From Candidatus Helarchaeota archaeon (GTDB lineage Archaea; Asgardarchaeota; Lokiarchaeia; Helarchaeales; RDOG01), in assembly GCA_019058315.1 (NCBI GenBank), contig JAHPZH010000005.1:192001-256000 (forward strand): a stretch of 64,000 bases of DNA. The letters run 5' to 3'. Both the position numbers and the translations under genes were made by a program. Positions 38,122-47,158 of the stretch are shown in pieces. The first letter of the stretch is position 1. Every line of letters starts with the position of its first letter. The notes below the pieces were generated by a model. That model ran no database searches. It was given only the letters and a program-made list of their open reading frames with translations, and had not been told where the DNA came from.

Positions 38122-40131
38122 TTATATTTTCATTACTGCTTTATAGGCCTCTTTAGTTGCATCTGAAATTTTTCTTGGTTTCTTACAATCTCCAATTTCC
38201 TTACATTTAATTCCTTTTTCTTTAATTTCGTCCAAAATGGTCTTATTAGGTTTTAATCCAGCTGAAACTATGAAATCATCAAATTCTACTTCTATTTTTT
38301 TATCTTTTTGAGAACAAATGGCCTTATTTCCGATTATTTCTTCAACCTTAGTTTTTTTCAGAATTTTAATATTCTTATTAGCTTCAATTTCTGGAATAAT
38401 CACATTTGCTACAGAAACAATGATATTTGCACCGATTCTTTTCATTTGTTCAATTATGGTAACTTCATTATCTTTCGCAAGTAATTCAGATACTTCAATT
38501 CCAGTCATCCCACCCCCTAATATTGTTACTCTTTTTCCAAGAGGAACTTTTCCTTCTAGAACATCGATATAGGTTTTATAATCAATTTTATCAAGTCCTT
38601 TAATAGGAGGTATCTCAGGTATTGTACCAGTTGCAAGGATTATAATATCGGGTTTAAGTTCATCAATAAGATTCATAGAAATTTCAGTATTGAGTCTTAA
38701 ATCTATATTTAATTGCTTTAATTTATGATTATAATAGTTAATAATTGAAGAAATTTCTTCTTTACCAGGTGCCACTTTAGCTAAGTTAAGAGCCCCTCCA
38801 ATTTTATCATTTTTTTCCAATAAGGTCACATTATGACCTCTTAAACTGGCATATTTCGCAGCACATAGCCCACCAGGACCAGCACCAGCTATTAATATTT
38901 TTTTAGGAGTTGCACTTTTTTCTATCTCTGATTCCAATTCATGAATATTAGGATTAATTGCACACTCTATTCCACCCATTTGCATTAGACTATCAGAACA
39001 ATGAAGACATGCAATGCATCGAATAATATCATCAGATTTATTATTTATAACCTTGTTTGCAAATCCAGGATCTGCTATTGATTGCCTACCAAATGCAATT
39101 AGATCTGCTTTTTCTTCATTCAATATTTGTTCTGCTAATTGAGGATCATTAATACGACCTACAGCAATTATAGGCACTTTAGAAGTAGCCTTCTTAACAT
39201 CAGCAGCTAGGTATGTAAAAATTCCTCTAGGTTCATTCATGTAGGGGATTAAAATGAATTTTGGATCATATGCACCCGCTGAAACACTAATTATGTCTAC
39301 TCCTTTTTCTTCCATAGTTTTAGCAACAATTTTTGCTTCATCTATGTCAAAACCCCCCTCAATATAATCCCTGCCATTCATTCTAAAAGAAATAATAAAG
39401 TCTTTACTAACTCTACTTTTAATTTCATCAAATACTTCTAACAGAAATCGCATTCTATTATTCAGATCTCCCCCATATTCGTCAGTTCTTTTATTATTAT
39501 AGGGAGATAGAAATTGACCTAATAAGTAACCATGTGCGGCGTGAATTTCTACTCCATCAAAGCCAGCTTTTTCAGTTCTTACCGCTGCATCACCATATTT
39601 TTTCGTAATTTGTTTTATTTCCTCCACCGTTAAAGGTCTCGGAGTTTCCTTAACCATCGAGTAGAGAAGCTGACAAGGAACAGAACTTGCAGACACCGGT
39701 TGATTTCCAGTTATAAGTGAGGTGGCTTGACTTCCGGCGTGATATAATTGTAAAATTGTTGCTGCTCCATGTTTCTTAATCGTTGCAGCTAATTTTGATA
39801 ACCCTTCAATTTTATCATCCTCACGGATACTTAACATGTTGCTTGTCCCTTTTCCATATTCGTCAAAATAAGTACCCTCAATATAAATTAATCCAATACC
39901 GCCCTTTGCGCGTAGTTCATAATAGTTCAAGGTCTTGTCAGTAACAAAACCTTTTGGATTAGCAAAATTCGTATCCATAGGAGGCATTACTATCCGATTT
40001 CGTAATTTACAATTTTTTATTTGAAAAGGTTCTAATAACTTCATAATCTTCCCATTTTTTCGTGTTTTTAAATACTTACAAGATATAAACTGAAAAAAAT
40101 AACTACAAGCAAGATAAAAAATATTTCTCAC
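38122..40131 (-). CDS. NADH:flavin oxidoreductase (Old Yellow Enzyme / 2,4-dienoyl-CoA reductase / BaiCD-like)
   Basis: LRNRIVMPPM, GFDGVEIHAAHGYL, NKRTDEYGG, CIACLHC...C, GAGPGG, GGGMTG; likely start at MKLLEP (40044). Confidence 0.93.
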   Translation of the reverse strand: MRNIFYLACSYFFQFISCKYLKTRKNGKIMKLLEPFQIKNCKLRNRIVMPPMDTNFANPKGFVTDKTLNYYELRAKGGIGLIYIEGTYFDEYGKGTSNMLSIREDDKIEGLSKLAATIKKHGAATILQLYHAGSQATSLITGNQPVSASSVPCQLLYSMVKETPRPLTVEEIKQITKKYGDAAVRTEKAGFDGVEIHAAHGYLLGQFLSPYNNKRTDEYGGDLNNRMRFLLEVFDEIKSRVSKDFIISFRMNGRDYIEGGFDIDEAKIVAKTMEEKGVDIISVSAGAYDPKFILIPYMNEPRGIFTYLAADVKKATSKVPIIAVGRINDPQLAEQILNEEKADLIAFGRQSIADPGFANKVINNKSDDIIRCIACLHCSDSLMQMGGIECAINPNIHELESEIEKSATPKKILIAGAGPGGLCAAKYASLRGHNVTLLEKNDKIGGALNLAKVAPGKEEISSIINYYNHKLKQLNIDLRLNTEISMNLIDELKPDIIILATGTIPEIPPIKGLDKIDYKTYIDVLEGKVPLGKRVTILGGGMTGIEVSELLAKDNEVTIIEQMKRIGANIIVSVANVIIPEIEANKNIKILKKTKVEEIIGNKAICSQKDKKIEVEFDDFIVSAGLKPNKTILDEIKEKGIKCKEIGDCKKPRKISDATKEAYKAVMKI

Positions 40132-40243
40132 AAAAAATCTTATTTCGATTATAGAATTTTAATAAGAATAAAGCTTTTTTAAAAGAAAAAAGAGAACTTA
40201 AAGATAAGCAAATATTTCAGATAAATTAAAAAGAGTTAAAATT

Positions 40244-40876
40244 ATGGATTGGAACATAAAAGAATACCCTATAAGTCTTATAACAGCAATTATTGCTAAC
40301 ATTTTATACTATGCTTTTTTAATACCTGCCTCATTTACATTTCTAAAATTTCCATTTCAAACATACAATCCATTTTTTGATACTGTATCTTCTCTAGGAG
40401 ACACGGGAAAAAATCCTAGAGGTTGGATACTGTTTAGCATCTGTCTTATTCTATTAGGAATTATCCTAGTTCCATTTTTTATTGATATGAGTCGATGGTA
40501 TGACAACCAACCTGAAAAAAAGAAATTAATAAGAACCATTCAAATTTTAGGATATCTAAATAGTGTCTCTATGATAATGATCGGTATTTTTCCAACCGAT
40601 ATTCGATCATTTGAGCATGGTTTTTGGAGTTTTATGAATTTTCTCTTTATAGTTTCGATAATAATAATTACAATTATAACATTATGGGATCACCCATCCT
40701 ATATAAGACAAATAGCTTATATTGGAGTCTTTACATGCGGTTCTTGCTTCCTTTATATAATTTTTGGGATTTTTAACCTTCGGGGAATTACGACAATTTG
40801 GGAATGGCTAACATTCATAGGTTCTTTAGCTTATGCACTGGCAATTGCTCTGAATATATATAATAAAGGTCTATAA
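40244..40876 (+). CDS. DUF998-like membrane protein
   Basis: YNPFFDTVSSLG, IGIFP...H, WEW; about 5 TM. Confidence 0.7.
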   Translation: MDWNIKEYPISLITAIIANILYYAFLIPASFTFLKFPFQTYNPFFDTVSSLGDTGKNPRGWILFSICLILLGIILVPFFIDMSRWYDNQPEKKKLIRTIQILGYLNSVSMIMIGIFPTDIRSFEHGFWSFMNFLFIVSIIIITIITLWDHPSYIRQIAYIGVFTCGSCFLYIIFGIFNLRGITTIWEWLTFIGSLAYALAIALNIYNKGL

Positions 40877-40951
40877 TGCTAATTCTGCTTATTTCTTATT
40901 TTTTATACTTTAAAATCTATAAAGTGCAATCCTATAACTTTAAAAATTTTA

Positions 40952-42373
40952 ATGATTTTTTTTAAAGGACGAAAATTGACTTTAAAGGATGAATTGATAG
41001 AAGGTTTAAAAGAGGCGGTGGGAGCGGATTATATCGCAATGGATAAAGAGATTTGTTATACTTATTCTATGGATGCAAGTCCAATTCCAGGAGAAATCCC
41101 AGACATTGTAGTTCGGCCAGAAACAACAGAACAAGTTTCGAAAATTATGAAATTAGTAAATAAATATAAAACTCCAGTTTATCCCCGCGGGGCTGCAAGT
41201 TCCTTAGTATTAATGGGTGTACCTCTTCAACCTGGTGGAATCTCTCTTGATTTAACCAGAATGAATAAAATAATGGAGATTGATGAGGATTCTATGAGTG
41301 TAACTGTCCAGACTGGTATAACTTGGGGAGAATTAGAATATGAATTAAAAAAGAAGGGTTGGTATACGGGTTTTGTAGGACCTGGTCCCGGTCTTTCAGC
41401 TACAATTGGAGGAGGAATTTCGGTTGCTTCTGCATATTATGGATCAGCTAAATTTGGAACTGCTTGTGATATTCTCCTTGGATTGGAAGTTGTGTTACCA
41501 ACTGGAGAGATAATTAGAACAGGTTCGGCTGCATTAGATACAGCAAAGAGACATACTAGATATGGTATTGGATTAGATTCTACGGGAATTTTTTGTGGAG
41601 ATCAAGGAATAATGGGTATAAAGACGGAGGCTACATTAAAATTATATCCATACCCAGAAGCTATAGGATTTTTTGTTTATGGTTATGAAGATGAAGAACT
41701 GCTTCTAAAAGCAATTCATAAAATGGCATCCTTAAGAATTGCTTCGGATATTTGCTTTATTGATAAAGAAGCAGGACTAGATTTTGGAGGAAATCCGGAG
41801 CGTTTTCTAATTCATGGAAAAATAGAAGCACATAGTGAAAATGAATTAAAAGCCCAATTGGAGTTATTTGATATAATTGCCAAAGATACAAATGGGGTTA
41901 AAAAACCTGATTCTTTTTCAAAAATAGCTTTACACGATCAAAAATATGAGTTTCTTGAATTAGCAGGTTTTATGGGGAACTTTTTTAGTCCTTGCCACAA
42001 ATTACCAATCTTCAAATCCAAAAAAGTTCATGATTTATATTTAGATCATATCAAAGCTCATAAAGAAAAACTCAAGAAATACAAAGTTACAACCATTTAT
42101 TATCCGTTTGTGGTTCACGGGCATCTAGTTCTTGTTCCTGAGATCCAAGTCCCAATACATGATCCAGTAGGAAGAGACTTTGGCGTTAAATTCTGGAAGG
42201 ATTTTATTCATAACGTAATAAATCAGGGTTCTGTCCATTATTGGCTCGGGAAGGTAATCGGGGATATGGTAGTTGAACATTATCGTCCAGAATATTTTGA
42301 TTTCATAAAAAGATTAAAAAAAACACTTGATCCAAATGGAATTTTAAACCCTGGCTTATTAAAATTACCATAA
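40952..42373 (+). CDS. FAD-binding oxidoreductase (GlcD / D-lactate dehydrogenase / alkyl-DHAP synthase family)
   Basis: PDIVVRPETTEQV, ATIGG, GLEVVLPTGEII, GDQGIMGI, LDPNGILNPG. Confidence 0.9.
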   Translation: MIFFKGRKLTLKDELIEGLKEAVGADYIAMDKEICYTYSMDASPIPGEIPDIVVRPETTEQVSKIMKLVNKYKTPVYPRGAASSLVLMGVPLQPGGISLDLTRMNKIMEIDEDSMSVTVQTGITWGELEYELKKKGWYTGFVGPGPGLSATIGGGISVASAYYGSAKFGTACDILLGLEVVLPTGEIIRTGSAALDTAKRHTRYGIGLDSTGIFCGDQGIMGIKTEATLKLYPYPEAIGFFVYGYEDEELLLKAIHKMASLRIASDICFIDKEAGLDFGGNPERFLIHGKIEAHSENELKAQLELFDIIAKDTNGVKKPDSFSKIALHDQKYEFLELAGFMGNFFSPCHKLPIFKSKKVHDLYLDHIKAHKEKLKKYKVTTIYYPFVVHGHLVLVPEIQVPIHDPVGRDFGVKFWKDFIHNVINQGSVHYWLGKVIGDMVVEHYRPEYFDFIKRLKKTLDPNGILNPGLLKLP

Positions 42374-42390
42374 AAGAAAAAAAAGATTGA

Positions 42391-42705
42391 TTATTCTTCT
42401 ACTAGTGTTAAATTGTTCTTTTTCGCATAATCTCGAGCTTTATTTTTATCTTTAAAAGATTCTTTTACATCATAGACCATCCAGCTTGTTTCTCCTTTAA
42501 CATTAACTTCAATAATTGGTCTAGTCATAGTTCCTGGATCTGGATATACCTTTAATAAATAGATTTTTACATCTTTCGCTGCTTCTCTGCACTTCTCACA
42601 GCCTTTGGGACCTTTTGCACAGTGAGGGAGCGACATTTCTCTTATCACATAAATATTTCCATAAATATCTTTAGAATTATCTTCAGGAATATCTTCTAGT
42701 TTCAT
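42391..42705 (-). CDS. Small Cys/His-motif protein, tandem paralog B
   Basis: SLPHCAKGPKGCEKC, RPIIEV. Confidence 0.75.
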   Translation of the reverse strand: MKLEDIPEDNSKDIYGNIYVIREMSLPHCAKGPKGCEKCREAAKDVKIYLLKVYPDPGTMTRPIIEVNVKGETSWMVYDVKESFKDKNKARDYAKKNNLTLVEE

Positions 42706-42709
42706 TCAA

Positions 42710-43015
42710 TTAATCCTCCACTGTAGTATTTTTTAAAAGATTGAATCCCCGTTTATTTGCATATTCTTCAGCTTCAGATTTACTTTCAAAACCTTTAATA
42801 ACATTATAATAAACAAAATTTCGTTTCTTATCCTTTATAATTTCAATAGTGGGTCTTGCACCTTCACCTGGTCCGTAATCTACTTGCAATATATAAAATT
42901 TTTTTAATTTTGCGGCTTCTTTACATTTTTCACACCATTTTGGACCTCTTGCACAATGACCAAGGCTCATCCATTTAATAACATAATCGACTTCTTTGTT
43001 AGTTTGGGGTTTCAT
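42710..43015 (-). CDS. Small Cys/His-motif protein, tandem paralog A
   Basis: SLGHCARGPKWCEKC, RPTIEI. Confidence 0.75.
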   Translation of the reverse strand: MKPQTNKEVDYVIKWMSLGHCARGPKWCEKCKEAAKLKKFYILQVDYGPGEGARPTIEIIKDKKRNFVYYNVIKGFESKSEAEEYANKRGFNLLKNTTVED

Positions 43016-43092
43016 TCTTTATCCATCTAAAAATTTTAGTGAAATTATATCTATTTGATGAAATTATATTTAATTAATCAATTTAAAACTAG

Positions 43093-43389
43093 GTGTTGAA
43101 AATAGAGGATTTGTCAAAATTTGCAGTAAAAGTTGCAGACGCAATATTTTCTGGAAAAAACTCTATTGAAATTGACAATAAAACCTATAAAGTTCAAGTT
43201 TTCGCTAAAAGTGGATTAAAATATGTTGATATAGGTTATTATAGAATTGTAGAACAAAATCCAAATAAAAGTTCGAAATGGGCTAAAATGGCAAAAGAAG
43301 GAAAAAAAATTGCCTGGGTTTTTAAGGGAAGAAAATATTACGCAAGAGTTGTAGATGGTCATTTTACGTTATTGGGACATAAAAAATAG
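43093..43389 (+). CDS. Hypothetical basic protein
   Basis: 98 aa ORF with globular composition; EQNPNKSSKWA motif. Confidence 0.65.
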   Translation: MLKIEDLSKFAVKVADAIFSGKNSIEIDNKTYKVQVFAKSGLKYVDIGYYRIVEQNPNKSSKWAKMAKEGKKIAWVFKGRKYYARVVDGHFTLLGHKK

Positions 43390-43393
43390 TATG

Positions 43394-44770
43394 TTAAAGG
43401 TATTTTTCTAGTTCAAAATCCTTCGATGAAGGAACTTTATGAATAATTACACCGGGAGAGGTTACTTTTAATGAATCATCTGCAATTTTTTCGGCATTTG
43501 GAATATATTTGAATACTATATCCTCATCATTTTGATCTAGTGGCTTAGTTGTTATGAGAAGAAATGACCCACCACCGGAAGCCCCTAAAACTTTACCAAA
43601 ATACAATTTTTCATTCGATTTTGTGTTTAATTCATTCATAGTTCTAGAAATATTTAATGGAACAATCCCTAATGAGTTAAAATTTGATTGAAGCATGTCA
43701 AATAGTGTTTTAATTTCCTTAAGATTACTTTTATTTCCATTATCTTGTAATCTTTTAACAAGGACTTCAGATATTTTACTCATTTGATCAAAAGTAAGAG
43801 AATAAATATCCCAGAATTCTTTTGATTGAGAATCCATATTTTTAATCATCTTAGGTGTTGAGGTTCGAGTTCCTGAATAATATATTGTAAGAAATAAATG
43901 ATTTATTAGGTCTGAATTGACCTTGAGAGTCGATATCATCGGGCTACCTAGCAAATCCAAATTTTTAATTTGATAGATTTTTTTAATAAAATCATTAATT
44001 GGGATTTCTTTAAATTGAGATTGTTCACTTTTTTGGAGTTCAAAAAATTTGGTTAGATCTAATTGAAAAATCTCACCTTTATCTAGTGGAAAAATACACG
44101 GAATGACACTAAATCCTCCAGCAATACCTTTTAAATCCTCTACATGTCGTTTACCATGATGATAAGCATCTTCTAATAGGATTGCGACTAAAAATATTAA
44201 TGTTCTATCTTTTGGAGTTAGCTTTTCTGATACTATTCCAAGCTTGTGCATTGTTGCTAAAGCTAAAAGAGAGGCGAATACAGCACTACTGCCCAATCCA
44301 CCACGTATAATAATATTACTTATAATAAATAGGTCTAAACAAAGATCATCGATTTTCTTAACCATTTCTTTATTATAGAGAGGGTGTTTTACAGTTCCTA
44401 ACACTTTTTTTACAGCATCTTTCCATTTTATACATGAAACCTTGATAATTTCAATCCAATCTTTAGTGAGTCTTTGCGTTAAATCAATAAAAATTCCTCT
44501 TTGATCTCTTTCATAGATTCTAGTAATATTAACTTCTTCAGCATCAGGTGTTATTGATTTATTATAAAAGTTAAATGAAATTAGGGTTCGGGCGTTTACA
44601 CCCATAAGTAATGAAGTTCCGGAATGAAAGATTAAATATTCTCCAGTTAAGAATGCTTTTGCATTTGATGAGACTAATAGGTCGGATTTGTGAATTCTTT
44701 CTTGTATTTCATTCCTTATTCTTACTTGTGCTTTTGGGAATTTATTTCTTTTAGTATTAGGATGAGTCAT
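43394..44770 (-). CDS. GHMP kinase family protein (mevalonate kinase-like, atypical)
   Basis: AKAFLTGEY, GGLGSSA, YSG, GKVLGASGGGS. Confidence 0.8.
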   Translation of the reverse strand: MTHPNTKRNKFPKAQVRIRNEIQERIHKSDLLVSSNAKAFLTGEYLIFHSGTSLLMGVNARTLISFNFYNKSITPDAEEVNITRIYERDQRGIFIDLTQRLTKDWIEIIKVSCIKWKDAVKKVLGTVKHPLYNKEMVKKIDDLCLDLFIISNIIIRGGLGSSAVFASLLALATMHKLGIVSEKLTPKDRTLIFLVAILLEDAYHHGKRHVEDLKGIAGGFSVIPCIFPLDKGEIFQLDLTKFFELQKSEQSQFKEIPINDFIKKIYQIKNLDLLGSPMISTLKVNSDLINHLFLTIYYSGTRTSTPKMIKNMDSQSKEFWDIYSLTFDQMSKISEVLVKRLQDNGNKSNLKEIKTLFDMLQSNFNSLGIVPLNISRTMNELNTKSNEKLYFGKVLGASGGGSFLLITTKPLDQNDEDIVFKYIPNAEKIADDSLKVTSPGVIIHKVPSSKDFELEKYL

Positions 44771-44802
44771 ACTTGATCCTTCCGTTTAATAAATAGTGAA
44801 AA

Positions 44803-45228
44803 TTAAAAATTAAAATCTTTTCGCCATAGTTTATATCCAATTCGCCAAAGCTTTAACCTTGGTTTATTGAGCTTATTATCAACATCAATTCCAGGTTTTG
44901 GATTATCCATGACTTCATTATATCGTGCATAATATACATCAGCACTCGGATTCCCTTCAATTAAACTTAAAATCCCATTTTCGGTAAAGAATAAAATTAA
45001 ATCTGGTTTAATATCCGGCTTTTCTTTCGTCATTACTAATTTGTCTTCATCTACTTTGTACAAAAAATAATGTAATTTTGCATTTTCAGCAGCGGAATCA
45101 TCTATTAAATCTTCAGTAATAAAATATTCCCAACATGCATTAATATGAAGGTGCCTCATTAAATCCGGGTTATTTGGAAAATAATTTTTGAGTTTTTGAT
45201 ATAATTCTTCGGAATCCATTCCTATCAT
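44803..45228 (-). CDS. Hypothetical protein (SCP2-like?), homologous to C-terminal domain of 49345..50985
   Basis: Shared PD.., PDL.L, D..L.K...L.R.GY pattern. Confidence 0.65.
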   Translation of the reverse strand: MIGMDSEELYQKLKNYFPNNPDLMRHLHINACWEYFITEDLIDDSAAENAKLHYFLYKVDEDKLVMTKEKPDIKPDLILFFTENGILSLIEGNPSADVYYARYNEVMDNPKPGIDVDNKLNKPRLKLWRIGYKLWRKDFNF

Positions 45229-45233
45229 TTAGA

Positions 45234-46715
45234 CTATTTTATTTTTTCTAAGTTCGCTGGGGTTCCATCATAGATATATTTAGCAAAAACTAAATCTTGA
45301 GGATAATATCTCGCTCCTGCAGGCCAGCTAGAATCTTTAATTCCACCTAATGCCACCGAAATATCTGTTAACATCGGCTTAGCGTTTATGTATATATTGG
45401 CGGATTCTAATTGCGTCTTAAAAATTTCGATATTCTTTAAATCTGATGTATAAGCAACTGCTCTCATACCATAGTTACTCGCATTTGCAAGTCTTATTGC
45501 GTCTTTTAAATCATCGGCTTTAGTTACGGAGCGGACGGGTCCGAATGCTTCTTCTCTCCATAAAAATGGAGCTTTAGTCAAATCTTCACATAGTTCTGGT
45601 CCTATTTCTACCAAAGTTGGCTTGTAAAATAAGCCATAGTCTTCACCAGGATCTATTTTTTCGCCACCAGTATAAATTTTGCAGTCATATTTTAGAGCAT
45701 CTTCCACCATAACTTCCATCATCATTAATATTTTACGACTACCGAGCGGTCCTATATCCACATCTGGATCTGTTGGGTCTCCGTATTTTAAATTTTCAAT
45801 TTCTTTTATTAAGCACTCAATATAATCATCATAAATATCTCGATGAACAATTATTCGTTTCATGGAAAAACATTGCTGCCCAGAATTAGTATAGCTCGCG
45901 TTAACATTCCATTTGGCGACTTGCTCTAAATTTACATCATCCATGATGATCCCCGCATCATTTCCTGCACATTCAAAAATGAATTGTTTGAAGGGAAAAG
46001 TGTACATATCAATACCCATTGATTTATCTACCGATTTTTTCAGAATTTTAGCATAACGAACTAAAATATCTTTAGCGGTGTGGGATGCACTGATACATAA
46101 GAACGTTTTTACTAGCTCATTTTTAAGAAACTCATTAACAGCCCATTCTCCAGGAGCAATTGCTAAATTAAATCCATCAAGAGCAGGAAGTTGCATGTCT
46201 TCCATTATATCAAATGCCATTCGCATAGTTAATGGACAAGCAGTTGATGGTTTAACGATTGCAGGGTTTCCTACAAGATAATTTGCACCCATTTGATATA
46301 ATGGTAAACTTATAGGCGTGTTTCTAGGGGATATACAAGCGGCTAATCCTTGTGGAACATATTTGAGTCTACAAAATTGTTCACCATCCATATTTGTAAG
46401 TGGTTTGTCTTCTAAAAATTGCCAATACCACTCGCAAAATTTAAATCCGTTTGTAACAATAGCCAATTCCCACTCAGAATATTTGATAGGTAATCCACCT
46501 TCTGCGACTATAAGCTTTTTTAATTCTTTCTTTTTAAATCGCAATCGGGTAGCAACCTTACCAAGTAATTTTGCACGCTCAAAAAAATCCATATCTTTTA
46601 ACTTAGCCCAATTTCTATGAGCATTTTTAATTTTTGAACTTAAAGTTTCTTTTGTGTCTCCGGTAATCTCGTCTATTATTTCTCCAGTATATTTATTTTT
46701 AACCCGTATACTCAA
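45234..46715 (-). CDS. NAD(P)-dependent aldehyde dehydrogenase
   Basis: ISPRNTP, IVKPS, ECAGND, NSGQQCFS, EEAFGPV, NASNYGM. Confidence 0.92.
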   Translation of the reverse strand: MSIRVKNKYTGEIIDEITGDTKETLSSKIKNAHRNWAKLKDMDFFERAKLLGKVATRLRFKKKELKKLIVAEGGLPIKYSEWELAIVTNGFKFCEWYWQFLEDKPLTNMDGEQFCRLKYVPQGLAACISPRNTPISLPLYQMGANYLVGNPAIVKPSTACPLTMRMAFDIMEDMQLPALDGFNLAIAPGEWAVNEFLKNELVKTFLCISASHTAKDILVRYAKILKKSVDKSMGIDMYTFPFKQFIFECAGNDAGIIMDDVNLEQVAKWNVNASYTNSGQQCFSMKRIIVHRDIYDDYIECLIKEIENLKYGDPTDPDVDIGPLGSRKILMMMEVMVEDALKYDCKIYTGGEKIDPGEDYGLFYKPTLVEIGPELCEDLTKAPFLWREEAFGPVRSVTKADDLKDAIRLANASNYGMRAVAYTSDLKNIEIFKTQLESANIYINAKPMLTDISVALGGIKDSSWPAGARYYPQDLVFAKYIYDGTPANLEKIK

Positions 46716-47158
46716 AAATTACACCTATAATCTTTAATTCAAATAAATATGAAAAATGAATTTATGTGAAATTTTAAAAATATAAATAATTTAATCTAAA
46801 AAAATATTTTTATTGGACCTATTTTTCGTTAATTTTCAAAAAATTGCTTCTATTTCTTACTTTTTGATTCATGTTTCAATAATTATGACAAATTTAATTC
46901 TTTTAGTCGATCTTCAAATTCATTTTGCATTGAAAGATATTTAATCTTCAAAAAACATCAACTTCCATAAGCCAAATTATCTAATTTTTCTCTAGATGAA
47001 GTATCATAGATGGCTTTTTGAGCTAATCTAAAAGAGCTTATAAATCAATCTAACATGTTCCATTATTGAAAATTCAATTAATGGTTTTTGAAAATCCAAA
47101 AATTTTTATAATCGATTAACTTAAATTCAGTTACTCTTTTTATAGAAGGAAAGGGAAC

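Noticed and set aside
46716-47158. Possible decayed gene on the minus strand in the long intergenic gap
   Set aside because: Only short open stretches with no recognisable homology; cannot be supported without a search
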